Shown: piece by piece, positions 39,211 through 49,943 of the stretch
Layout of the letters: the number at the start of each line of letters is the position of its first letter
Numbering within the stretch: the first letter of the stretch is position 1
Source: Gnetum montanum
Lineage: Eukaryota > Plantae > Gnetophyta
DNA length: 64,000 nt
Assembly: GCA_015680685.1 (NCBI GenBank)
Contig: MNCI01001248.1
Location: 493,822 to 557,821 of the forward strand
Reading direction: 5' to 3'
The notes under the pieces: generated by a model
Databases searched by the model: none
Told to the model about the DNA's origin: nothing
The model's input: only the letters and a program-made list of their open reading frames with translations
Program-made: the position numbers and the translations under genes

Positions 39211-39242
39211 GATCAGAGGTTCAAGCCCTCCTTCTAGTGCCA
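39211..39242 (-). promoter_or_regulatory. Extended tRNA-Asn primer-binding site of element B
   Basis: + strand GATCAGAGGTTCAAGCCCTCCTTCTAGTGCCA resembles the tRNA-Asn T-arm + acceptor + CCA. Confidence 0.8.
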
Positions 39243-39248
39243 AAAAAC

Positions 39249-40490
39249 TGTAACGATGGAAAATATCAGCTGCTAGAAACACCGAGTGCATCTTCGTGTA
39301 TATAGTTTTAACCCTGAATCCCTGCAAGGTCCATGCTAGATAAAATGAATCTGAGGTGCCCTGGCCGATCTTGTCGATCAGATGAAACTTAATTAATTAG
39401 TAAATTTTGTAATGATCGGATCATGAGATGACAATTTCAATGTGAAGGTACAATATCAATTTACAGGAAAACGGGATCTACTCTAAGACCCAATCTTGAA
39501 GATAGTGATAACGATGCAAACGATGCAAAAAAATTATAAAATCGATGTAAGTAAAATGCAACAAATTGAATTTGGAGAATGTATGATCCTGAAATTTTGG
39601 ATTGAACTTATAGATAAATATGTTGAATACAATGGTTGAAAGTGGACTTTGGTTTAGACGAAGTGCATGGCAAGAGTAAGAAGCTATTCAGAGCTAAAAC
39701 AAGAAAAGGTCAATCTACCTTGTTCTAGCTGATTTGGGTGCAAGGGAGTTAGGCTCAAAGCAAAATGTCTGCTAACTTGAAGTCTCTGGTCAAAAACTTC
39801 TCTCTGTCACCGTCAATGCTCTTCTCGTGATCTTGCTAATCTTTTGCAGTACTGTCAAAAATTGCCAACAACTGTCAACCCTTTGATTATTGTCAACTAG
39901 AGTATTTATAAGATTAGGATTAGAAGAAAAATGTAGTTTAAATGACACGTGTACTAGGCCCCTAAAATGTCATTGAATTGATGTGCTATAGTTGAAGCTT
40001 GTGACATTACGCTGCATTATGCTCTGAAGCGTAGTATAGCGTAACCATCCTTCAAGAAGATGGTTCATTCAGCCTTATCTTTTGAAAAGAACAAACTATC
40101 TTGCAACTATGTTGTGATACGTTGGGCAACATATCATGGTGTAGCGATTACTACAAACTAAATTTCATTATCTTCGTTGATGCGGATAAGTCAACTGTGC
40201 TGCTTGCTTTACGCTACTTTATGCTACATTACGCTGTGTAGCATAATGTGGCGTAATACAACAAAAGTTAAGATTTTTGAACATGGCTAATTTGCAAATC
40301 TAAAGTGTTGCCACTGTGCATCCCTTATTCTATTCTATTTTTTGGAGTCTATTACGTTGTGCTATGTAGCGTAGAAGGCTCTTAGATGAAAACAGAAAAC
40401 TTGCTGAGATGTGTTAGTTTGTTGAAAATCCTTTCCTAAGCCTTAAGACTTTTTTGAATCATCGAGGTCTCAAAATTTCATGATGCTTCA
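39249..40490 (-). repeat. Element B 5' LTR (about 1.24 kb)
   Basis: TG..CA termini on -, 6 nt from the PBS, TATAAATA on - at about 39903-39910. Confidence 0.82.
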
Positions 40491-41460
40491 TTGCTGTTGG
40501 AGCAGCAACCACAGGTTGGGCTACCAGATAGACCACTTGTGTCGCTAGCAGAACAAACCATAGCCCCATGTTAGGTTGTACCATTTATGGGGCTTGGTAG
40601 GTTTGAGGATGAACATAATGAGACATCTTCAATGGTTGTGGAATAGGTGAAGAAGTGAATGGGGTCCACCATGTGGACGAGCCCGAGCCCACCACGGTTG
40701 GTGAAACTAACATGAACGTAGAAATGGAAACGGAAGTTTCGTACGATTGTAAAGTAGGTACAGTATGAACATGTGGTAGGGTAGCTATGATTGGTGTGTG
40801 ATGTGCTATAGGAATGGATTGATGAATAGTTTTCAGAGGCATAGTTGTTGCAAATAAAACATGGGAATAAGGGCATTGATACGTTGGGAATCTAACATGA
40901 CTACCCATTGTAGGTGTAGTTGTAGGCTGCAGGAGTGTAGGTGTGATCATAAAGGGAGTGGTTACAGAAAACGAGTTGGCACAGAAAGACTGGGTAGGAG
41001 GGACTGTGATGGGCTTGGTCTAACCTCCCCCATCGGATTGAAAATCGAGCTCCTCTTGTCCATCCTGGAAGGTCTTGTCATGGTTAGACGATGTGTCTTG
41101 CTGCTCCCTAAGTCCATTCAACTGGATTAGCTGGTCTAGAAGCCATTGGTTTGTTTGCATCAAATGTATGGAAGCACTGGGAGTGGGAACAAACTCCTTC
41201 CCATCGCAATAAGCAAACTTGAAGCTACGTTTGTCTTTGAATTCATGCACATCCAAAGGCAGGTTTACCTAAAACTTTGCACAAAGGAAGTTATAGCACT
41301 CATGTTGTTGGGCCAAGCCCTTAGGTCCTCGATTTTGGATCCTGAGGGATTGATGTGTTTCCAACATCAGGTTAAGTAGTTGTTCAGCACCTATGATGCC
41401 TTGAACCATGATGGGAACTTCAACATTGAAGGTGTCAGCAATGGTGGTTGAGGAAGTCAT
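40491..41460 (-). pseudogene. Element D gag N-terminal fragment
   Basis: MTSSTTIADTFNVEVPIMVQG..SLRIQNRG matches A ORF 10525-10854; Pro/Thr-rich region follows. Confidence 0.85.
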
Positions 41461-43600
41461 TGTTACTAAGTTAAATAGTTTTGCAAATGTGAAAAGCAAG
41501 GAAATCAGAGAATAATCAAAAAGGATTTATGTCTTACTAGATTCTAGGGGAATCATCAGGGCAACCAATCTATACCATGCAATGCATAAACAACCACAAA
41601 AGGGTGTCACATTTATGCTAGTGCGTGATAGGGTACCGAACGCATGCAAGGCTACCATAAAGAAAACAAGTCAACTAGCGATTGGAGGCTTTATGTCCTG
41701 CAGGGTTCCCAGGGAATCATCAAAGCGACCGATCTGCACCACATGATGCGTAAACAACCACAAATGGATGTCAAGCTTACGCCAATGCATATCAAGGTGC
41801 AGAACACTTATAGGACTACCGTAAAACATAGAAATGGCACCAAAAAGGAGGCCCTCCTTCTAATGCCAGAAAACCATAGCAACCGAAAACGTCGATAGCT
41901 AGAAAACACCGATAGGTCATCAGTCGCAGCAGTCTTAACCCTGTATCCATGTGAGGGCCATGTTGGATAAAAATAAAAATAGGGTACCCTAAATGGTCTA
42001 GTTGATCAGACAGGGACTTAGTCGGTGTTAATATAACCTTTCGTAAATGGGTAATTTGAAAATGAGACCTCTAGCATAAAATGAAAAATTTAAATGTAGG
42101 AGGAACAGTAAACAATGTAAAAATGCAATGATAAGTAGGAAAGCAAATTAGAATGTAGTTAGAAGAATGCACTGCTTCAAAGCTACAACTTCACTTTGTC
42201 AAGGTGGATACAATCGGTTGCATGGCATTGAGAAGTGCAGAGATCTTAAGAGTAACCAAGATGTGTAGAGCAAGACGACTATGTGCTTGAATGTGGACTC
42301 AGGAGTTAACAATGTGAAATGCTACCAAGGTGGTAGAGAAGAGTAGAACAAAATGTCAACTGAGAGTGCTAACTATTTACAATGTCAAACATAAATCTTA
42401 CAATGCTTAAGGTTATAGTGTTAACTTTTTTAGCTTGTCAACCAACAAAATTGCCAACTGACCAAATTGCCAAAAAATTGATTAGACCCTTTTTTTTAGC
42501 ATTTCTCATTGGGGTATTTATAGGACCAAGGGCATGTGAAAGATGTGGTTTGGATGCCACATGCCTTAGGCTTGCGTTGACCTATTTATGTTGCACATGC
42601 CTGCATGACCATTGGACGAGTCTGCCATGCCGTAATTACAAGCTTACCACATTGTAATTACATTGTTAGAGAAATGGTGCAATTAGGTGAAGTGAATTGA
42701 TGTAGTGTAACTGCTTACCATTCTCTACTATGCTTTGTAGCATAGCATGTTTGGCATAGCGTAGCATCTTGTTACGCATCTTGCTGCATGTGTTGGAAGC
42801 CTGTGAAGCATGCTAACTATTTATTGCATATTTGCTATACTATGCTATGCTACATAGCATAGCATAGCGTAGTAGTTGGCCTTAGTTGCAAAAACATTGC
42901 CAATTTGCAAATTTCACCTCTTGCACTGCAAACTTGCGAACTTGCTAATCCCACCCTTTGAGTTGCCCTCTATCACTTGTGCAGAATTGCTACGTTGTGC
43001 TGTGCCATGTAGCTCAGTGTAGCATAGTAGCCAACATGATTTTCCTTCTACCAAGTTTGCTACTTTCTGGTAGAAGGAGACATTGCTGGAGGACTTGAAG
43101 TCTGATGAGAGGTTTGACCACTTGGGTTTTGCTACGCTATGCTATGCTGTGTAGCATAGCATAGCATAGCATTTCACTTCTACAAATGTCTTCTAAAGGT
43201 TTCTATGCTACATAGCGTAGCGTAACGTAGCAAAACTCCTTGACTTAGAAAACTTTTTGAAGAACCTCATTCTATAATCATTTTCTGAAGCCTGCTATGC
43301 TACATAGCATAGCGTAGCATAGCAAACTCCTCAACTTAGAAAACTTGCTGAACTATTTTGCACATTTTGAGCACCGCCAACAATTCCACGCATTGCTCCT
43401 AAGTGCACTGACAGCTGGGTGAACTACTCAGGTGGGCAGGCTTGATAATCCATTTAGCCTATTGACACCTGGGGTAGAAAACTTGCTGAACTGGATAGTC
43501 TGAACATTAGAGCATCCATCTCCTAAAGAACTACCATGATGCTGTGCAAACTGTAAAGACCTGGTGAAGTAAGAATGTCTTCAAATTTTAGGGTGTTTCA
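40491..43600 (-). mobile_element. Element D: 5' part (LTR 41875-43600, PBS 41851-41868, gag N-terminus) of a close relative of A; interrupted by B and inserted into F
   Basis: TGAAACACCC at 43600 on -; PBS TGGCATTAGAAGGAGGGC; LTR, UTR and gag colinear with A. Confidence 0.88.
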
Positions 43601-43854
43601 TATGATCCCTAGGCTCTGACAATGAAAATGATGAGTTTACAAAGGGATAAAACCTTATTTATAGCCAACGCAGTAAAATACTTGCCATTTTTATGACCCG
43701 ATTAATGTGGGACATCCCTTGTAGTGTAGTACTATTATGTCCTACTAATACCTTAGTGTAGCGATTGCCTATGGCATAACAGGTGGACCCACTAAAAATT
43801 TGGCTCCATCTTAAATCAGCCATCCATCTTTACAAAGCCTGCTTATTAATGATC

Positions 43855-44232
43855 CACTAAGACCTTAAACTAGCAATCTTGGGTTTCATAGGATGTTAAC
43901 CTACCATGTGGCCTAATGACAGTCTGCAAAGACCTTAAACTAGTAAATTTTAGCTTTTAAAATCTACCTATTAAAGGGTCCACAAAGACCTTAAACTACC
44001 AATTTTAGCTTTTGATTCTATCTAGTAGCGGTCCACAAAGACCTTAAACTATCATTTTTGGCATATATTTTAACCCGTTCAACAATCCACCATGTTCTAT
44101 ATGGAATCTCACCACTTATTCTGTATCATAGACCAAATTATATAATATGTACCAGTTTTCTATGACCTTAAACTGGCAATGTTAGCATTCATTTTTTGTC
44201 TCAATGTGGTCCACGAAGACCGTAAATTGGTA
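43855..44232 (+). repeat. Pre-RT array of A-NGACCTTAAAC-T motif units (element F)
   Basis: CCACAAAGACCTTAAACTA-like unit at about 43855, 43925, 43980, 44033, 44160, 44212. Confidence 0.8.
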
Positions 44233-44355
44233 GCTTCGACTTGCAAATCATACACAATGATTGATGATTATTTTATGCTATATTGTTACTTTACAAACAT
44301 TCATTGCATGCTACAAATAGGTATCACTTGACTCGTATTTTTCTCATTATGATAG

Positions 44356-47355
44356 GTTTGACTACATTCGCTTTTACCCTTGACAAGTTCTCATGGAAAG
44401 CTTATGAGACACCTAAACTTAGAATTAATAGACTAGGAACCATTTATAGACAACACTGTAGTGTCCCTAGAAACATCCCTAGATTGGCCCGAACATTTAG
44501 TCCAAGCCTTAGACTTAGAGGCTGGGGATGTGACCAAGGACCCTCTCATCAAAGCACCTGTAATGATATCCAGGGGGGAAGTAAGAACATTATGACTTGG
44601 CTTCCTCTTAGATCAAAAAATACAAAAGGATGTATCTAAGGTTCTTCAAAACAACATTAAGGTGTTCACGTGGTCCTATATTGACATGTCAAGCTTAGAC
44701 CCATGGGTAATACAAAATAACATTTTCTCGGAGTAGGATATCAAACCCTTAAACAAAAGGCTCAAAAAATTAAACTAGAAATCACACTAGTCGTACGTGA
44801 TGAAATTACCAAGCTATATCATGTAGGCTTCATCTATGCAATCAATTACTCAGAGTGGGCATCGAACATCGTTATAGTCTCCAAGAAAACAAGAGATATA
44901 TGAATTTATATAGACTTCCGAGATCTGAACAAAGAAACGACTAAAGATGACTTCCCATTGCCAAGTATTGACCAACTTATTGACACTATGGCTAGTCATG
45001 CTTTTCTATCCTTCATGGATGGGTTCTCAGGTTACAATCAAATCTGCATTAATTAACGACTACTTTCATGACCCCTTTGGGAACCTTTTGTTACACTATG
45101 ATGCCCTTTGGTCTCAAAAACGCTGAAGAAACCTATCAACGAGCCATGACATACATATTCAACAACTACCTCCTATAGAGACTAAAAAATTAGGTCGATG
45201 AAATAGTAGTCAAGTCTAAGATAGCTATTGATCATCCCACAGATCTAGATGTAGTCCTCAAGCATTTTCATAGGCATGACTTGCATCTTGATCTAAAGAA
45301 ATGTGTTTTCAAAGTTAAAACTAGACACATGCAAGGGTTTGTAGTATCAAAAGCTGGAATACAAGTGGACCCTAACAAAGTTAAGGCCATTGTTAACTTA
45401 GCACCCCCTAGCAACCTAAAAGAATTGTGTGGGTTGCAAGGTAGAATATAGTTTATTAGAAGGTTTGTAGCAAAGTTGACTAACAAGTTACACCCCATGC
45501 AACACTTGTTAAAGAAGGGGGTTAACTTCGAGTGGATGGCATAGTGTCAACAAGCCTTCGATGACTTAAAGAAAGAGCTTTTGCACCTTCCAAATATTTA
45601 CCCACCATAGAAGGATAGGCCTTTCTACATCTACCTTGCCACTTTGGACACATCTATCGCAGCATTGTTGTATCAGAAAAGAGATGATAGGTCTAAAATC
45701 CCATTTTATTAATTGAGCCATGCACTAATAGCTTATGAGGTAAAATACAATGAAGTAGAAAGAAATTGTCTCACCCTAGTATTTGCACTAAAAAATGGAG
45801 ACATTACCTATTCCATAGCAAGGTTAACATTATATGCAAGAGCAACATACTTTAGGCTATCGCGAACAACTTATACGAGAGTAGCATGTTACCTCGATGG
45901 AAAGTTATAACGGAGGAATTTGATTTACACTATGTAGCCTAGTCATCAATGAAAAAATAAGTGATAGCTACACAGTTCACAACCTCACCCATTGATGATC
46001 GCGCAACCATAGAGTTGAAATTCTCTGATGAACATGTTAATAGCATCAACCTTGTACCATTACACTTTGAAGCCACTTTGCATTTCAACAATGCCTCAAC
46101 CACACAAGGTGGTAGTGTTGCTGCCATCATTACATTCCCCTCAGGGGACATTTGACTTTTCGCTTACCATTTTACGTTCCTTTGTACAAACAATGTAGCT
46201 GAGTATGAAGGACTTCTTAGGGTCCTTTTAGCAGCCCAAGAATTAGAGATCCAATATTTGATAGTTCGAGGCGATTCCCAACTCATTGTCAATATGATTA
46301 CCAAATTCTATGCCTGTAAATCTTCACATTTACAACCTTATTATGACTTGTTCAAGAGTTTGCTAAAATAGTTCACAATGATAGACATCCAACATGTGCC
46401 ATGCAACGAGAACACTATAGTTGATGCCTTAGCCATGCTAGCATTAAATGTGCCACCACACCTATTTGAAACTTTACCTGCTTCGATAATGAAATGCACA
46501 AAGCTTGCCACTCAAGTGGTACACATTACCTCCATAAGTGCTACCAATGCCCAAGAGTGGTACGCTAATATTAAAGCTTACCTTCAAAATGGTGAACCCC
46601 CACACAACTTGACATCCACTCAAAAGGATGTAATCCAAAAGTAAGCCCAGTAGTATGTCCTTATAGGGGATAATATCTTATGCAAATTCTCCTTTGATGA
46701 GATACTACTAACTTGCATTAATGGGGAAGAAGCACAAAAATTGTTAACAAAGTCCATGAAGGACTATGTGGAGGACACATAGCTCCTAGGGCTATGGCAA
46801 CAAAAATTAGATGCCTAGGATATTACTGGTCTTGCATGGAATGAGATTTCCTTACCAAAGTTAGGACATGTGATACATGCCAATGTCATTCAAATCTTAT
46901 ACATGTTTCACCTACTGAGTTGCATCCTACATAAATTACATGGCCATTCCAACGATGGGGGCTAGATATCATAGGACCCATCACACCTAAGTCTTCCACA
47001 AGACATAGCTTCATCATTACCGCTACCGAGTACTTCACAAAGTGGGCAAAGGCTATCCCCCTTAGGAAAACTACATCTCAACAGGTTTGCCACTTTATCT
47101 TGGACAACATAGTAACAAGGTTTGGTCTTCCCATGACTATTGTGATAGAAAACGGGCCACAGTTTAGTAGTGCAGAAACCAAAACCTTTTGTAACAACCT
47201 TGGCATCGAGCCATCCTTTTCATCACCATACTACCCATAGGCAAATGGATAGGAAAAGGAAAAAAATAAGGCCATCATCAACTTGCTCAAAAATATGCTT
47301 AGCAATAGCAAGAGGTGATGGCAGGAGCAAATCCTCTACGTGTTGTGGGATTACT
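44356..47355 (+). pseudogene. Element F pol: RT-RH-aRH-INT core (decayed, integrase C-terminus deleted)
   Basis: Manual translation gives FMDGFSGYNQI, MPFGLKN, SHALIAYE, NNVAEYEGLLRV, VRGDSQLIV, WPFQRWGLDIIGP; homology stops after LLWDY at about 47355. Confidence 0.93.
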
Positions 47356-47994
47356 CCCTCAAAATCACTCTGATGAGGGACAACACTATGTTACATCTTT
47401 CCCTTTCTTAAACCTATTCCCTCAACTTCATCCTTCACCTCTTTCCCTACATGACTACCCTGATACTCCAAAGCACAAAAAAGTGACATCTGAGTGACCA
47501 CTAAAGACCAATGTTGGCATCTTGTCCTTCATGGTGATTCGTATTCTTTGTCGATGTCTCTCAAGTAGATCCTCTAGACATTGACAAAGAGGGGTTAGTG
47601 AAACACCATAAAATTTTAGGATCCTCATGCTTCAGTAGAGTCTTCAAATTTGGGAAGGGATTTCCACAAGTGCAGCATCATGATGAGCCAACAAAATGGT
47701 GGGCACCAAGGATAGACTATACATTTTGGCAAGTTTTCTATCTCCATGGATGATAGGGTTGCTAGACTCTTCAGCCTGCCCAACCAGATAATTGACCTAG
47801 CTGGTAGTCTACCCAAGGACCATGATAGCAATTGTCGAAAGTGTTTAGGATGAGAAAAATAGTTTAGAAATTTTTCTAGCAAAGAATTCTACTATGCTAC
47901 GCTGTGCAGCATAGCAAGCCTCAAAGAGATCAATTAAGTGTCTAAGATGGTGCTACGTTATGCTATGCTATGCAGCATAGCAAAGCGTAATAGG

Positions 47995-49648
47995 TGAAAC
48001 ACCACTAATTTCAACCTAACACTTTGAAACAAGAACAACTCACACTTGAGCTTTCGAAGGTAAAAATTTGAGCTTGTCCTGGGCACACACCCTGGCTTAT
48101 CCTAGAACTCACGCTAGATTACAAATTTTCTCACTCCCACTGCAAGTCACGTTGTGGCATGAATCTAGCATGACAAACTTTTAGAGCCTCAAAACTAAGT
48201 CAAAATGACTTGATTTCAAGGGTGCAAGTCATCCTTAGGGTCCAATATTGAAAAATATTGGTCCTAGCCTTCAAAAATTCCAGATTTTAGCTCAAAATTG
48301 CAAGTTTTTAAGGTCACACTATAGGTCACGTTGTGGCATGACTCCAGTGTGACCAACTTTCAGAGCCTCAAAACTGAGTCAAAATGACTTTATTTCAAGG
48401 ATGCAAGTCATCCTTAGGGTCCACTATTGACAACTATGGGTCCTAGCCTTTAGAAATTCCAAATTTTAGCTCAATATTGCATGTGTTTGAGGTCATGTTG
48501 TAGGTCACGTTGTGGTGTGAGTCCAGCATGACCAATCCAAAATAGCTCCAAATCAGATACATTCAAGTTTAAATTCCAGATTTCATATCATTCTCAAGGT
48601 TAGACACATTTAGAGAAACATTTTCATTCAAGGAACAGGCTTTAGAAATCAAAATTTGGTGTCAAATGTCTCATTTTACTTCACTCAGGCTAAGGTCATG
48701 CTGAGGACATGCCGAATGTGAATGCCCAGCATGAGAGCAAACAAACAAGCCTCAAATAGCCACGAAACCACCCAAATCAACATTCTACAGTGGTCAAACC
48801 AAAGATCCATAATTTTCAAGTGAACTAGGGTCAATTTCTCTTTTAGTACATTGTAAATCTTCATTTGTGGGCTTGTTAGACCCTTGTGGTCCAAATTTTA
48901 TGTGTTTCCATGGGCTTGAGTAAGCCACACGTTCTAAGATATGATGAACCTGGCCAAGAATGTAGCTTGCCCACACATGTCCAACTCACATACAGTTGTC
49001 CATTAGACACATGTCACAATATCTATTTTCCTCTCATCTCCCAATCATTGATTCCATTCATGAATTCCGCACCCAAGCTAGGCCCAATCCTATAAATACC
49101 CTATTAATTCACATAAACAGGGTTGGCAATTTTTGAGTTAAATGGCTTAGGAAAATTAGACCAGTAATCCTTGGGCACTTGACACACTCTAATTGATAGC
49201 ATCCAAGCACTTCACTTCTGAAACACATCACATCACCCCGAGGCTTGGTGCCTGACCTTCCATCTACACGTGCAGCTACGCTTTCACCAATGCACATATT
49301 TTCTATGCAATACAATATAGCTCATTTTGCCAACCATTATACTGTTTACTCTATTTTACATTTAGTTCACATTTTTATTACGTTTTGATTATGATACCAA
49401 TTTAAGTTTACATTTCATACATGTTGTTTCACATTTTAAAATATCAGTTATGATAACCCCAGCATAAGCCATAGTTTACGCTCGGGGAAGTCCTTAGTTG
49501 ATTTGCATGCAGACCATCCAAGGCACTCTACCTTCGTTTACTTTTCTAGCTTTTCCTTGAGGCAAATGTTGGTTCAGATATGTCTACCTAATGATATTTT
49601 GGTGTTTTTTTTCCTTCCAGCCTTACACCAATGATTTAGGTCAGTACA
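47995..49648 (+). repeat. Element E 5' LTR (1654 bp; two internal units of about 179 bp)
   Basis: Direct repeat of 55338-57140; TATAAATA at about 49091. Confidence 0.95.
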
Positions 49649-49654
49649 GTAAAT

Positions 49655-49672
49655 TGGCACTAGAAGGAGGGC
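49655..49672 (+). promoter_or_regulatory. Primer-binding site of element E (tRNA-Asn)
   Basis: TGGCACTAGAAGGAGGGC, 6 nt after the LTR end. Confidence 0.85.
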
Positions 49673-49754
49673 CACTTGTCTATTTTCTGTTAAAACGTCG
49701 ATCCTGTTACCTGCTAAAATGCTGCACATATTAAGTGCTAAAACTAAGTTGAAC

Positions 49755-49940
49755 TTAGCTTACTCATGCTAAGCTTGCTCATGCTGAACCTTGTCACACT
49801 AAGCTTGATCACACTATACCTTGTCATGCTACACACGTTGTCAACTAGTCACACTGCACATGTTGCCAGCTAGTCACACTACACATGTTGTAGGGCTAGT
49901 CACATTGCACATGCTCTAAGCTAGTCATCCTACACATGCT
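49755..49940 (+). repeat. Short tandem units (15-24 bp) carrying GTCACACT/CTCATGCT in the element E 5' UTR
   Basis: CTAGTCACACTGCACATGTTG-like unit about 4 times, preceded by CTTGTCACACT-like units. Confidence 0.75.
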
Positions 49941-49943
49941 ATC

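Larger units (their letters stand above)
25456..40490 (-). mobile_element. Element B: Tat-type retrotransposon (5'LTR-PBS-gag-PR-[antisense gene]-RT-RH-aRH-INT-part of 3'UTR), inserted in gag of element D; 3' LTR outside the window
   Basis: All domains present in order on the - strand; LTR start TGAAGCATCATGAAATTTTG at 40490 is homologous to the LTR start of F and abuts the gag of D. Confidence 0.9.

Noticed and set aside
39211-39242. tRNA-Asn gene
   Set aside because: Only the 3' 32 nt with encoded CCA, lying next to an LTR end; it is a PBS
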